From an uncultured Acidobacteriota bacterium (lineage in GTDB: Bacteria; Acidobacteriota; Vicinamibacteria; Vicinamibacterales; UBA2999): a stretch of DNA of 64,000 nucleotides. Below, in pieces: positions 21,789-32,771 of this stretch (position 1 is its first letter; each line of letters opens with the position of its first letter). The stretch covers positions 106,672 to 170,671 of the forward strand of contig CAVTIA010000008.1 of the NCBI GenBank assembly GCA_963734635.1, in the 5' to 3' direction. Below the pieces are notes generated by a model, which was not told where the DNA came from, did no database searches, and worked only from the letters and a program-made list of their open reading frames with translations. Position numbers and translations under genes: made by a program.

Positions 21789-21949
21789 TCTGCCTACCTC
21801 CTCGAGGTCCGCGGGACCTCACTATGTAGTTGGACGCCTGGACTGCCCGACCTGACAGGCGCGGGCATTATGCACGGCTCACATCACAAATCACAAGTCA
21901 CAATCAAACGCCACGCCAGTGAAACCCGGACCAGGACCGAACCGCCCCG

Positions 21950-23647
21950 TTACGGAAACAGCTGGGGCGCTTCCCGGCGCCGAGTGGCCTGCTCGAACGC
22001 GTAAGCGAGCGCGATGAGCCGCGGCTCGCTGCAGGCGGTGGCCGTAAAGGCGACGCCGAACGGCGCCGGACGCGCGGCAAACCGTTGGGGAAACGGCGGC
22101 ATCGGCGCGTTCGCCACGAGCGCAAACGGCACGACGACGGTCGGGTATCCGGGTCGTGCGGCAATCGCTGCACCCGTGGCGCCCGGAAACAGCAACGCGT
22201 CGAGCTGGTGAGCCTTGAGCGCGGCGTCGATGCCCTGATCGCCGCTCAGCAGGATGTCCTTCTTGCGATCGGCCTCATAGCGGCCACGATCGCGCTCGAC
22301 CTCCATCTCGTCCGCGACATCGAGATTCTCCTGCGCGTACTTGAGTGCGCCGGCCGCGCTGTGGTCGAGATTCCACCGGCGAAGCCCCGACAGCGTTTTC
22401 ACTGGCGCTGCATCCCCCAGCGATGCGAGCCACGCGTTGAAATCCCGCTTCATTCCGTACTTGAATGCGACCGAGCAGCCGGAATCCCGTCCTTTCCGGT
22501 TGTCGAAGCCACCACAGATGTCCCAGGCCAGGAAATTGCGATCGCGGTCCGCATCCACGATGCTGGGAATATCTGCGGGATCGACGACCACCGCGCCCTC
22601 GTGCTTCAACACAGCAATGGCATCCTGCATCGCCGCATGCCGCTCGGGAGTGAGGCCGCCACGGAGCGCCGTGGTACCCGGCAGCGCGACGCGGTCGTAG
22701 AAGAAGGCGCGCGGCACGCCGATGCGAGCCCCCTTGAGCGCGGCGCGATCCAGGAATCGTGTGTAGTCGCGCTGCGGTGGCGCGTCGCAGCGGCCCGTCG
22801 CGGGATCGTTCGGGTCGCGCGACTCGCTTTCGATCGCGCCGAGCAACAGCGCGGCGTCCGTGACCGTGCGCGCTATCGGGCCCGCCGTGTCCTGGTCTGC
22901 GGTAATCGGAATGATGCCGTGTCGGCTCACGCGGCCGACTGTCGGCTTGATGCCGACGAGCATCGTCTGATTCGCAGGGTTCAGAATCGAGCCGGAGGTT
23001 TCTGTGCCGACGTTGGCCGCCCAGAAGCTCACCGCCGTGCCGACGCCCGAGCTGGAGCCGCCCGGCCCGAGTGCCGGACGCCCGTCGGCGTTGGCGCTGC
23101 GTGGATCCCGGCGCGGATCGTACGGATTGAAGCCGTAGCCGGTGAGGCTGTTGTAGTTTCCAGGCATGCCGACGGTCACCCAGTTCGCCAACTCCGTCAT
23201 CTGTGTCTTGGCAATCAGGATCGCACCCGACTCTCGCAGCTGTTTGGTGATCGTCGCTTCGTACGGCGGGATCAGCCCCGCGAACGCCAATGCACCACCG
23301 GTCGTCGGCATGTCACTGGTGTGTATGTTGTCCTTGAGCGCGATCGGAATGCCGTGCAATGGGCCGCGGATCTTTCCGGCGGCGCGCTCGCGATCGCGAG
23401 CCTCGGCCTCCTGCAGCGCACGCCGGTTGACGGTAATCACGGCGTTCAGCTGGTCTTCGTAGAGGGCGATGCGGGTGAGCGACTGCTGAACCAGGTCGCG
23501 CGAGGTGACGCGCCCTTCTGCCATCGCGGCCTGCATGTCGGCAATCGTCGCGTCGACGACGCTGAACGAATGAGACTGGGCGGCAGGGTTCAGAATGGCG
23601 AGGCCGACCACACACACCGCGATCGTCAGCGCCCGTGTCACTGGCAC
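21950..23647 (-). CDS. Secreted amidase-signature family protein
   Basis: Lys in GIPIALKDN, GGSSSG, GTETSGSI; signal peptide. Start codon uncertain (GTG at 23647 or 23641). Confidence 0.9.
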   Translation of the reverse strand: MPVTRALTIAVCVVGLAILNPAAQSHSFSVVDATIADMQAAMAEGRVTSRDLVQQSLTRIALYEDQLNAVITVNRRALQEAEARDRERAAGKIRGPLHGIPIALKDNIHTSDMPTTGGALAFAGLIPPYEATITKQLRESGAILIAKTQMTELANWVTVGMPGNYNSLTGYGFNPYDPRRDPRSANADGRPALGPGGSSSGVGTAVSFWAANVGTETSGSILNPANQTMLVGIKPTVGRVSRHGIIPITADQDTAGPIARTVTDAALLLGAIESESRDPNDPATGRCDAPPQRDYTRFLDRAALKGARIGVPRAFFYDRVALPGTTALRGGLTPERHAAMQDAIAVLKHEGAVVVDPADIPSIVDADRDRNFLAWDICGGFDNRKGRDSGCSVAFKYGMKRDFNAWLASLGDAAPVKTLSGLRRWNLDHSAAGALKYAQENLDVADEMEVERDRGRYEADRKKDILLSGDQGIDAALKAHQLDALLFPGATGAAIAARPGYPTVVVPFALVANAPMPPFPQRFAARPAPFGVAFTATACSEPRLIALAYAFEQATRRREAPQLFP

Positions 23648-23666
23648 TGAGCAAAGTACTACACGG

Positions 23667-25532
23667 CTAATACGCCATCGCATAGCAGTCGCGACGTGGA
23701 TCGGCCCCGGCAATACGGTTCTGCGTCGCCGGATCGACGATCACCGCGGTCGCGCATCCCGACATCCCGTAGACAGGCAATCGTCCGACGTCGTGCCCGC
23801 GCCGCTTCAACTCCTCGTACACCGCGTCCGGGACGTTGGCTTCGACATTCAGCTTGTTGAAGCCGGCATCATGCGGCCAGAACGATCCGTAGAAGTGCAG
23901 CGTCTGGACCCGAGGCCACTCGAACGCCTCGTGCAGGTTCGGGTACCACTCGGGCCAGAACTCGACGACGTTCAGGAGCGCCTGCAGGATGGTTTGATCC
24001 TGATTGTCGCCACCCGGGGTGCCGAGCGCCATGAACGGCGCGCCGTCTTTCAGGACAATGCTCGGCGTCAGCGTATAACGCGGTCTCGACCGCGGCCGAA
24101 GCTGCGCGGCGCGTCTAGTGTCGAGCCAGAACTGCTCGCCTCGCACGCTCATGCCGATTCCGGTCTCACCCAGAATGACGGCGCCGCCGATCCAGCCGCC
24201 GCTAGGCGTGCTGTCGAACACGTTGCCGTCCTTGTCGATGACCGCAATGTGCGTCGTGTCCTTGAACGTACCGCGAATGGGTTCGGCGTCGGGCCCCTTC
24301 GCGCCGGGCTGCACCGCGTCGGCCATGTTCGCCACCCAGAACGGCCACGTCTTGACCTTCGAGTCGAACGCCAGCGGGTTACCGGCGATGAAGCCTCTGG
24401 ATGCGTGCGACGGCGAAATCTGTGCCGCGCGGCCACGGGCGTACGGCTTCGACAGCAGTCCTTCGCCTGGAACCTGGACGAATGCGGGATCGGCGTAGTA
24501 GGTGTCGCGGTCCGCGTACGCCAGCTTCAATGCTTCGACGACCGTGTGCAGATAGTCGGCGCTGTTGTGCCTCATCGCACGGAGATCGAACTGCTCCAGG
24601 ATGTTGAGCGTCTGCAGAAGCACGGGACCCTGACTACCGAACGAATGCTTGTACACGTCGTAGCCGCGATACTTCGTCACGGCCGGTTCTTCGACCCGCG
24701 CAAAGAACTCGGCGAAGTCGGCCAGCTCGAACGGGGCGTGGTGCTGCTGAAGAAATGCCACCATCTCGGCGGCGATGTCGCCCTTGTAGAACCGGTCTCG
24801 CGCGGCCGCGATGGCGGCCTGGCGTCCCTTCGATCGATTCCCGCGCTCGGCCTCGACCATCCTCCGCAGCGTACGAGCAAGCGTCGGCAGCTTGATGGTG
24901 TCGCCCGGCACCGGCGGTGAGCCGTCAGGCTTGAGCCAATACTTCTGGTTGTGCGGCCAGCTCTTGAAGAACTCGAGGTTGCCGCGAATCGCCTGCGCCG
25001 TCAGCGGTCGCAACGCGAAGCCTTCTCCCGCGTACTCGATCGCACGAGCAGAAACCTGCTCGAAGCTCATGGTGCCCCAACGCTCCAGCACCGTCAGTGC
25101 TGCGTGCAGTGCGCCGGGCACGACCGCAGGATTGAGGCCTGCCCCATCGAGCGTCTTCTTCTGTGCGACGTACGATTCGACGGTGGCGCCTTTCGGTGCC
25201 CACCCCTGGCCCACGATCGAGGTCACCTTCCGGGCGCTGGTCGGGTACACAAGCACGAGCGCCTCACCGCCGAGGCTGTACAAGTCCTGCTCGACCACCC
25301 CGCCGACCAGCAACGCCGCCACACCGGCATCGAAGGCGTTTCCACCCTTCTGCAGGATTTCGATGGCGGCTGCAGTCGTCAATGGATGACCGGCCGAGGC
25401 GCCTGCGGTCCGGCCGATCACCGGAGGACGCTGGGTGGCGCCACCGGTCGCGCTGAACCAGACGGCCACCGCCATCGACGCGACTGCTACGATGGCGGCA
25501 CGTTTGTACGCGCGCGTGTTGAACACTTTCAT
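23667..25532 (-). CDS. Gamma-glutamyltransferase family (Ntn hydrolase), secreted
   Basis: GGNAFDAGVA, FYKGDIA, nucleophile in DTTHIAVID, GTPGGDNQ, GADPRR. Confidence 0.9.
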   Translation of the reverse strand: MKVFNTRAYKRAAIVAVASMAVAVWFSATGGATQRPPVIGRTAGASAGHPLTTAAAIEILQKGGNAFDAGVAALLVGGVVEQDLYSLGGEALVLVYPTSARKVTSIVGQGWAPKGATVESYVAQKKTLDGAGLNPAVVPGALHAALTVLERWGTMSFEQVSARAIEYAGEGFALRPLTAQAIRGNLEFFKSWPHNQKYWLKPDGSPPVPGDTIKLPTLARTLRRMVEAERGNRSKGRQAAIAAARDRFYKGDIAAEMVAFLQQHHAPFELADFAEFFARVEEPAVTKYRGYDVYKHSFGSQGPVLLQTLNILEQFDLRAMRHNSADYLHTVVEALKLAYADRDTYYADPAFVQVPGEGLLSKPYARGRAAQISPSHASRGFIAGNPLAFDSKVKTWPFWVANMADAVQPGAKGPDAEPIRGTFKDTTHIAVIDKDGNVFDSTPSGGWIGGAVILGETGIGMSVRGEQFWLDTRRAAQLRPRSRPRYTLTPSIVLKDGAPFMALGTPGGDNQDQTILQALLNVVEFWPEWYPNLHEAFEWPRVQTLHFYGSFWPHDAGFNKLNVEANVPDAVYEELKRRGHDVGRLPVYGMSGCATAVIVDPATQNRIAGADPRRDCYAMAY

Positions 25533-25535
25533 GTG

Positions 25536-27490
25536 TTACCTCGCGCTCGCTGACGTGGTCGTCGAACCTGCGACGAGCTCCCAGTGGGCACTCGCACGCT
25601 CGACTGCCGCGTCGACGTCCTCGGCGAGCATGTACCGGTCGCGAACGAGCGCGTCAGTGACGGCGCGCACCTTGGCGAGATAGTCGCCGCGGCTCGGATA
25701 GCGCTCTTCGATCGACGGCCGCGGATCCCGCCGTGCTTCGCGTTCTGTCTGCGTGCGGGCGAACGGAACATAAGAGCCCGTATTCCCGATCAGCCGGTTG
25801 GTTCCACCAATCTCGGCGTTGCGGAAATTCCAGCCCGTGTAGGTTGCAAGCGGCACGGCGACTTCAGGCAGGCGAATTCCGCTGACCTCGTTGCCGTCCG
25901 CATCGACCTGCGACACAAGAAGCGGCTGAACCGCGCCTTCACCACCCAACGACGGCAGCAGCGCATTGGATGCGCGGCGACCGGGCGCGACCATGCGCGG
26001 CGACTGGACGCCTGGAATGGCGGGGAACGCGAGATCCTGTGCGCGTACGAGTGTCCGATCCGCGAAGCGTGGATGACGACTCGTCGGCGGCGCTACGCCT
26101 TCACGCACCCAGCGGTCGAGCGCGACGAGCAATGCCCGCAGCGACAGCGAGTAGTCCAGCGGGTTCGCGCGCTGCTGGCCGCGGCCTCCAGCCGGCGGCG
26201 GGAACGCCCCCGGCGTGTGTTGGGCGCCAGCAAACAGATATGCGCGGACGTTGTCACCGAGCGTCGCGTCGCGAGCGCCATCGGGCGTGGTGTGGATGAG
26301 CGCCGCGGCGCGGCCGGTGTCGATCCAGGTACTCGACGCTGCTGTTGACCAGAAAGAGCTTCGGCTGATGGCGTCGAGCTCGATCGTTTTCGAGGAGGCC
26401 TTCTGTCACACCCGTCACCTGATCGCGCTGGGCGCGATCAGAAAACGGAAACGTCCCTACGAAGGCGCTGTCGGCGGTCGGGGTCGAACCGCGGCGGTTG
26501 ATGTCGATGCGGGCGGCGCCGGCAATTTGCGCGATTACGCCGTCGAACACGAGCCGCTCACGCTCATCGGCGTTGAACCCGAGATACAGGAACTCGCGCA
26601 GAAACCGCCCCGTCTGCGACCGCCCGTGCGCGTACACGTTACTTCGCTGGCGCGGCCGCGTCGGCGCTGTGCCTGGCCCACGTGGCAATATCGCGAACGG
26701 CTGCCAGCCCGAGACCGGCAATCGGCGGATTGGCTACGCGATAGGCGATCTCATAGACGCGTCCGGGTTCAAACCCGCCGTCCAGCGAGACGACACCATC
26801 GGAAAGCCGCCACAGGCTGCGCGGAATCGTCTGCGGAGCATCCGAGAGCCGGTCGCGCACCGTCAGCGCGCTGTCCGAACCGGCGGGATCGACCGCCGGA
26901 TACGCAGGTACGTCCTCGGTCAACTGGTAAGTCGGCGCGCGACGGTCGACTTCGATCAGCGTACGGACGATTCCGGTTGCGCCGTCAGCCGCGGGTACGC
27001 GAATGCGCAGCCGATCGCCGCCCGCCGGCAGGTCGAATTCCCAGCCGACCGCAATCACGGTGAAGCCGCGACGGAGCAGGAAGCCGTCGCCCACGTCGGG
27101 ATCACTGCCGGTTGTCACGCGATTGAACCCGCGGGTAACCAGGTTGCCGCGGTTCACGACGTCCACAATCGCGACACCATTGCCGCCGGTCTTCGGCCGA
27201 ATCGCATAGAAATCGGCAGAGAACTCGACGCGACCGTTTGCATTACGTGGGGCCTTGTCGATATCGACGATGACGCGATTGCGCGGATTGGCGGGATCGA
27301 CGGCGAAGAAGACCCGCCCCACAATCTTTTCGTAGCCGGCATACGGGAGATCGGCGCGGCTCACGATCTCAACGCGTGTGACCTCCGCGCGCGCCGACGT
27401 CGCCATGGATAGCAGCAGCGTTGCGAGCGCAGCGAGCATTCGAACTTGAACACGAACTGAGAATACAGAACCGAGAAGCGTGAACGACAT
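25536..27490 (-). CDS. Secreted alpha/beta-hydrolase domain protein (Abhydrolase_10-like), copy 1; two apparent 1-nt insertions (~26640, ~26329)
   Basis: AEVTRVEI, VVNRG, VGWEFD, GRSQTGRFLR, EYW (after correction), GAQH, QVDADGNE, DPRPSIEERY, spread over three frames. Confidence 0.85.
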
Positions 27491-27495
27491 GTTCT

Positions 27496-28923
27496 TCATC
27501 TCCTGGCCGCCAGTTCCGTTACCACGTCCCATGTGAATCGCACGAACCGGTGAAGCTCACTTTCCAGAATCCGCTCCTGGTCGCTGTGCGAGCCGAAGCC
27601 CTTGGGCGCGTCCTCCGCGTCGATTGCCGGCCCAATGCCGTAACACTCGACGCCTTTCGCCCGCAAAAATGCCATATCGGTTGCGCCTGTACCCATGATG
27701 GGCAGCGTGGTCGTGCCGTACTGCCGGCGCACGGCTGCCTCAATCGTTCGAAATGCGTCCGTTTCGAGTCGCGCCGCCGCGCCGGGCGGGCGCGAGTCGC
27801 GCGGCGCGAACGCGACGCTCACGGCTGGATCGTCAACCGCGTAGCGAATACTTTGCAGCACCGTATCGGGATCGTCATCCGGAAGCATACGCAGGTCGAG
27901 CTGCGCCTTCGCCTCGGACGGTATGACGTTCAGACGGTAGCCGCCGCTAATCATCGTCGGCGACGCGGTCGCATGGAGCACCGCAGCTTTCGCGGGATCG
28001 TTCGCATGGAAATAACGGTCGACGGACAACACCTTGTGCGGGTCCAGCACGTCCCGGTATCGCTGCGCCTCGGCACCTGAGGAACCCTCCGCGAGGCGGT
28101 TGAAATAGGCGCGCGTCGTCTCGTTGAGACGGATCGTCGAGTGCCAGTCGCCCAGTCGTTCAAGCGCTGCGCCGAGCCGCACGATCGGATTCGCCAGAAG
28201 CGGGACCGAGCCGTGCCCCGAGATGCCGCGGGCCGTCAGCTCCACTGCGCGTGGAATCTTCTCGAGCGTCTGGACGGTGGCAAATCGCACCTTGCCGCCT
28301 TCACGGATGCCCTGACCCGTTTCGGCGAGGCAGTACTCCGCGTCGATATCGGCCAGGTGCTGGTTCACCATGAACTGAATGCCGACGCGCGTTGAGCCCT
28401 CTTCACCCGACTCCGCGAGAAAGATCACGTCGCGATCGAGCGGCACGTTCAACCGCTTGAGCGTGAGCATCGTCATCAACGACGCGACAACGTTGTCTTT
28501 GTCGTCGAGCGTGCCGCGGCCGTAGACGTAACCGTCAGCGCGGGTCGCACTGTACGGAGGATGCGTCCATTTCGCCGCGTCGACGTTCACGACGTCTGTA
28601 TGGCCCATCAGCAGCAGTGGGCGCTTGCTGCCATTCCCTTTCAGCCGGGCGACCGCGTTCGGTCGATTGGGCTCCAATGCAAACGTCTGGACGGCGATGC
28701 CCTCCTTCTCCAGGACCTGTTGTAAGTAGTCAGCCGCGGGTTTCTCGTTGCCTGGTGGGTCACTCGTGTCGAATCGAACCAGCGCCTGAAAATGGCGCAA
28801 GGTTTCCTCCTCGACGCGGGGCCAGTCGGGACTGCCGGGCACGTTGACTTGAGTTGGCTGCTGCGCTGAAAGACCGGCCGATAGCAGAAGAACGACAGCC
28901 AGCCCAGCTGACCGAATGCGCAA
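27496..28923 (-). CDS. M20/M25/M40 family metallopeptidase, secreted
   Basis: MGHTDVV, GRGTLDDK, SGEEG, GHGS, GATD, SHSDQER; AGGAG 5 nt before TTG 28923. Confidence 0.9.
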   Translation of the reverse strand: MRIRSAGLAVVLLLSAGLSAQQPTQVNVPGSPDWPRVEEETLRHFQALVRFDTSDPPGNEKPAADYLQQVLEKEGIAVQTFALEPNRPNAVARLKGNGSKRPLLLMGHTDVVNVDAAKWTHPPYSATRADGYVYGRGTLDDKDNVVASLMTMLTLKRLNVPLDRDVIFLAESGEEGSTRVGIQFMVNQHLADIDAEYCLAETGQGIREGGKVRFATVQTLEKIPRAVELTARGISGHGSVPLLANPIVRLGAALERLGDWHSTIRLNETTRAYFNRLAEGSSGAEAQRYRDVLDPHKVLSVDRYFHANDPAKAAVLHATASPTMISGGYRLNVIPSEAKAQLDLRMLPDDDPDTVLQSIRYAVDDPAVSVAFAPRDSRPPGAAARLETDAFRTIEAAVRRQYGTTTLPIMGTGATDMAFLRAKGVECYGIGPAIDAEDAPKGFGSHSDQERILESELHRFVRFTWDVVTELAARR

Positions 28924-28975
28924 GTCTGCTCCTGACTTCATTCCGAGGGAGTATAGCTCGCAGAACTCAGCTATG

Positions 28976-29002
28976 TACGTAGTGTCCGGCTTTAGCCGGA
29001 CC
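28976..29002 (+). repeat. GTAG-type REP element
   Basis: TACGTAGTGTCCGGCTTTAGCCGGACC. Confidence 0.9.
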
Positions 29003-29055
29003 AATGCCAATCCGCTGTTTTTCGTGTCAGAATCTGCACCGACTTGGAGGTACGT

Positions 29056-30060
29056 ATGCGCTCGCCAAACATGCGGGTTCAGTGGGTTGTGTCGCTCGGC
29101 GCCCTCATCGTGACGGTCACTTTTTCGGCCGCGCAAACGCCCTCACCAGCGCGGCTGCTCGTGCTGCTCCGCGATGCAAGCGCGCTCGCCATCGTCGATC
29201 CAGTGAGCCGCAACGTGCTGGGGCGCGTGCCAACGGTCAAGGACCCGCACGAGGTCACCGTGTCGGCAGACGGCACCACGGCGTTCGTCGCCAGCCCGAG
29301 CGAAGGCATTGCCGTGATCGATTTGGCGGCCCAGAAAGAGCTGCGACGCGTCAATCCAGGCGATCGCAGCGCCCCGCATGACGTGCTCTTCGCAGACGGG
29401 AAGGTGTACTTCACCGCCGAAGGGTTCAAGTCGATTGGCCGCTACGATCCGGCGGCCAACAAGGTCGAGTGGATGCTCGGCATCGGTCAGGATGGAACCC
29501 ACATGCTGGTCCTCAGCAAGGACCGAAACACGATGTATGTGCCGAACAGGGGCTCGAACAGCGTGTCCGTGATCGAGGCGATCGCGACGGGCCCACCCAA
29601 GTGGCGCGTTGCCGCTATTCCAGTGCCAGGCAAGACACCTGAAGGCATCGACCTGTCACCGGATGGCCGGGAGTTGTGGACGGCCACCAGGGGCGACGGC
29701 GGGGTTTCGATCATCGACGTCGCCAGCAGGAAGGTGACACAGACGTTGAGCCTCGGGTTGACCGACGCCAATCGACTGAAGCTCACGCCCGACGGCCGGC
29801 TGGCGTTGATTCTTGACGGTGGCACGGGCTCGCTCATCGTATTGGACGCGCCGGGTCGCAAGGAGATCAAACGAATCAAGCTCGCCCCCGGCGATACGGG
29901 TGACGGCGGCATGATGGTGATGCGCGACAGCTCGCGCGTGTACCTCGGGCTGCGAGACGCGCATAAGGTCTCGATCGTCGATCTGAAGACGCTCGAAGTG
30001 ACGAACGAGATTGCGATGGGCGCCGGATCCGGCCCCGGCTGCATCGCGTGGGTGCCTTAG
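29056..30060 (+). CDS. YncE/YVTN-type beta-propeller protein, secreted
   Basis: GGAGG RBS; signal peptide; repeats PHEVTVSADG, PHDV, THML, PEGIDLSPDG, LTPDG. Confidence 0.85.
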   Translation: MRSPNMRVQWVVSLGALIVTVTFSAAQTPSPARLLVLLRDASALAIVDPVSRNVLGRVPTVKDPHEVTVSADGTTAFVASPSEGIAVIDLAAQKELRRVNPGDRSAPHDVLFADGKVYFTAEGFKSIGRYDPAANKVEWMLGIGQDGTHMLVLSKDRNTMYVPNRGSNSVSVIEAIATGPPKWRVAAIPVPGKTPEGIDLSPDGRELWTATRGDGGVSIIDVASRKVTQTLSLGLTDANRLKLTPDGRLALILDGGTGSLIVLDAPGRKEIKRIKLAPGDTGDGGMMVMRDSSRVYLGLRDAHKVSIVDLKTLEVTNEIAMGAGSGPGCIAWVP

Positions 30061-30095
30061 CTAGCTGGTAGTTGGTAGTTGTAGTCGGTAGTCGG
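30060..30095. repeat. Heptamer tandem array (GGTAGTY-like)
   Basis: ctagctg-gtagttg-gtagtt-gtagtcg-gtagtcg. Confidence 0.65.
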
Positions 30096-30102
30096 AGGCC
30101 TT

Positions 30103-30150
30103 CACCCCTCGACGTGCTCGTCGGGGTGGCCCTGAGCGAAGTCGAAGGGC
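30103..30150. repeat. Palindromic element of the GCCCTGAGCGAAGTCGAAGGGC type
   Basis: CACCCCTCGAC..GTCGGGGTG stem followed by GCCCTGAGCGAAGTCGAAGGGC; related copies occur inside lnt. Confidence 0.65.
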
Positions 30151-30180
30151 AGGCCTCCGGGTGGGCCACGCCGGGCAATC

Positions 30181-30438
30181 TTACGAGGGCTGCAGGCGTG
30201 CGACCTGCAGGGCAACACCGAGCAGTCCCAGAAGAAGCGCCACGAACATCCCGACGAGCCACGTGAATTTCTGATCCATTCGATCGAAGCGGAGATTCAT
30301 CTCCGACCGGAGCTCCCGGAAGTCCGCACGCATCTCGGCGCGCAGATCCCGCATTTCCACGCGAATGTCCGCCATCAACGCGGCGTGGTCTTCCATTCGG
30401 CCTTCCACATACGCGACGCGCTCGTCCAGATTCCGCAT
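30181..30438 (-). CDS. Small coiled-coil protein with C-terminal TM (DUF1640/CCDC90-like)
   Basis: GGAGG RBS; periodic EMRDLRAEMRADFRELRSEM; FTWLVGMFVALLLG membrane anchor. Confidence 0.75.
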   Translation of the reverse strand: MRNLDERVAYVEGRMEDHAALMADIRVEMRDLRAEMRADFRELRSEMNLRFDRMDQKFTWLVGMFVALLLGLLGVALQVARLQPS

Positions 30439-30492
30439 CGTGCTGCGTCCTCCGTCGGACCGCCTTGGCCCGATCTGTACATCGTCGTCATT

Positions 30493-30509
30493 AGCAGAAT
30501 CGGTACCGA
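30493..30509 (-). promoter_or_regulatory. Putative sigma54 (-24/-12) promoter
   Basis: Minus strand TCGGTACCGATTCTGCT, GG-N10-GC, ~55 nt upstream of ATG 30438. Confidence 0.5.
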
Positions 30510-30683
30510 GAACCTGCCCCTGTAACTGCCCCTTTCCGGCACAAACCCTTGGCTGATCGACGCCACGCGTCGCGAGACGTTCATTTCTGACGCGCGGCTT
30601 TCACGGTGTCCATGTCAGAATCTGCACGTTCAATCGAGCATCATGAGATTAGCTTCCATCCCCGATACATCGGTGCCTTCAAT

Positions 30684-30763
30684 TGTACGTCAGTGTCCGG
30701 CTTCAGCCGGACCAGCGATGGCGCCGAAAAGATCGGTCCGGCTAAAGCCGGACACTACGTACA
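30684..30763. repeat. Inverted REP doublet (REPIN/BIME-like)
   Basis: TGTACGTcAGTGTCCGGCTTCAGCCGGACC, a 21-nt spacer, then GGTCCGGCTAAAGCCGGACACTACGTACA. Confidence 0.88.
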
Positions 30764-30800
30764 GGCCGGCGGATCTTCACGATTCGATCGGAGGCGCAAT

Positions 30801-32721
30801 ATGAAGGCAACAGTCGCAGCGGCGCTCTGCATGTTATTGTGTTCGGCGCCGGTGTTCGCGGAAGTAACCAGGGTCACGATTGCGAGCCGATCGGCCGTCG
30901 CGAACGGACAGCCCTTCGGGGCGACTGGGCCATACGAGAAGCTCACTGGCACGATCGAGTTCGCTCTCGATCCACGCAACCCGCAGAACACGCGCATCGT
31001 CGATCTCGATCGTGCCGACCGGGCAGCGGACGGTCGTGTTCACTTCACTGCCGATCTTGTGGTCCTGCGACCAGCGGATCCGGCACGAGGCAACGGTGTC
31101 CTGCTGTTCGAGGTCGTCAACCGCGGCCGCATCGGACTCCTGACACGATTCAACAGCGCGCCTGGCTCAGTCGACGCGGTGACACCCGCCGACTTCGGCA
31201 ACGGCTATTTGATGCGCGAGGGATACACGCAGGTGATGGTCGGGTGGGAGTTCGACATCCCTCCTGGAACCATCCGCCTGGAAGCGCCTCGACTTGACGG
31301 GCTCCTCGAGCCGATTCACGTGAGTTTCGTGCTGGACCGCAAGGCAGACGAGGCCTCTCTCGACGATGCGCCGATGTATAGCCCCGTGGATCCTGCGGAC
31401 GGTGCAAGCACGTTGACCGTTCGCGATCATTACTGGGACGCGCCCACCCCAATCACGCGTGGCCGGTGGAAATTCGTGAACGGGGCCGTCGGCCCGCCGC
31501 GACTGGCGCTGGACGGGGGCTTCGAGCCCGGACGCATGTACGAGGTCACCTTCAAAGCGCGCGGCGCACGAGTCGTCGGCACCGGCCTCGCTGCCATTCG
31601 TGACGCCGCGGCGGCGTTCCGTTATCGAACCGATCTTCCGATTCAGGGGAAGGCCGCTTATGCGTTCGGCGTCTCACAGGTCGGACGGTTCCTGCGACAG
31701 TTCCTCTACGACGGATTCAATGCAGACGAGCGCGGCCGTCGCGTGTTCGACGCGGTCTGGTCGCACATCGCCGGATCGGCGCGAGGCACGTTCAACGAAC
31801 GATTCGGAATGCCTGTCGCCGGCTCGGTTTTGTTGACGCCGACGAGCTTCCCGTTCACCACGGACGAACAGACCTTCGCGGGCGAACGTGGTTCCTTGCT
31901 TCAACACTACAGTCCTGAGCAGCGCCCGAAAATCTTCTTCACGAACACATCGGTGGAGTATTGGGGCGGCGGTCGCGCCGCTGCGCTCATTCACACCAGT
32001 GCGGACGGGAAGCGAGACCTGGCGGTTCCAGACAACGTACGAATCTATCTGCTGGCCGGTACGCAGCACGGCGAGGCCGCCTTCCCGCCGACCCGCGCAC
32101 GCGGACAGCAGATGGACAATCCAGTGCCGCAACGCGAGGTCATGCGCGCATTGCTTCGCGGTCTGCACCGATGGACGAGCCAGGGCGTCGCGCCCCCGGA
32201 GAGCCGCTATCCAAGACTCACCGACGGGACCTTGACGCCCGTTGCCGGCGTTCGGTTCCCGTCCATCCCTGTAGTTGCCGACCCGCGCGTCATTGCTGGA
32301 CCAGGGCAGATACGAAATGGTCGCGTGCAGATGCTGCCGCACCTCGTACCCGCAGGTTGACGCGGACGGAAACGAGACTGCCGGCATCCGTGTGCCCGAC
32401 ATCGCCGTGCCCGTCGCGACAAATACCGGATGGAATTTTCGTTCACCGTCGGTTGGTGGTTCGACGGAGATTTACAACCTGCTCGGCTCGTACGTTCCGT
32501 TCGCGTTGACGAAAGCCGAACGGGAGGCACGAAACGATCCACGCCCGTCCATTGCCGAGCGCTATCGAAACCGGGAAGACTACCTCGCGAAGTTGCGCGC
32601 GGCTGCGGAGGCTCTGGTCACGCAGCGATATCTCCTCGGGGAAGACGTCGAGAACGTCGTCGAACGAGGAGCCGCGCAGTGGCAGTTCGTGACATCGCGC
32701 GCGACGACCTCGTCGCGGTAG
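30801..32721 (+). CDS. Secreted alpha/beta-hydrolase domain protein, copy 2; one apparent 1-nt insertion (~32350)
   Basis: GGAGG RBS; VFA-EVTRVTI, EVVNRG, GVSQVGRFLR, EYW, GTQH; PQVDADGNE continues in the next frame. Confidence 0.88.
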
Positions 32722-32724
32722 TAA

Positions 32725-32761
32725 GGTCCGGCTAAAGCCGGGCTAAAGCCGGACACTACGT
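32725..32761 (-). repeat. REP element with internal duplication
   Basis: GGTCC-GGCTAAAGCCG-GGCTAAAGCCG-GACACTACGT. Confidence 0.8.
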
Positions 32762-32771
32762 GTCGCTTCGC

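Noticed and set aside
30606-30800. Long N-terminal extension of hydrolase copy 2
   Set aside because: It runs through the REP doublet; GGAGG plus ATG 30801 gives a normal signal peptide.
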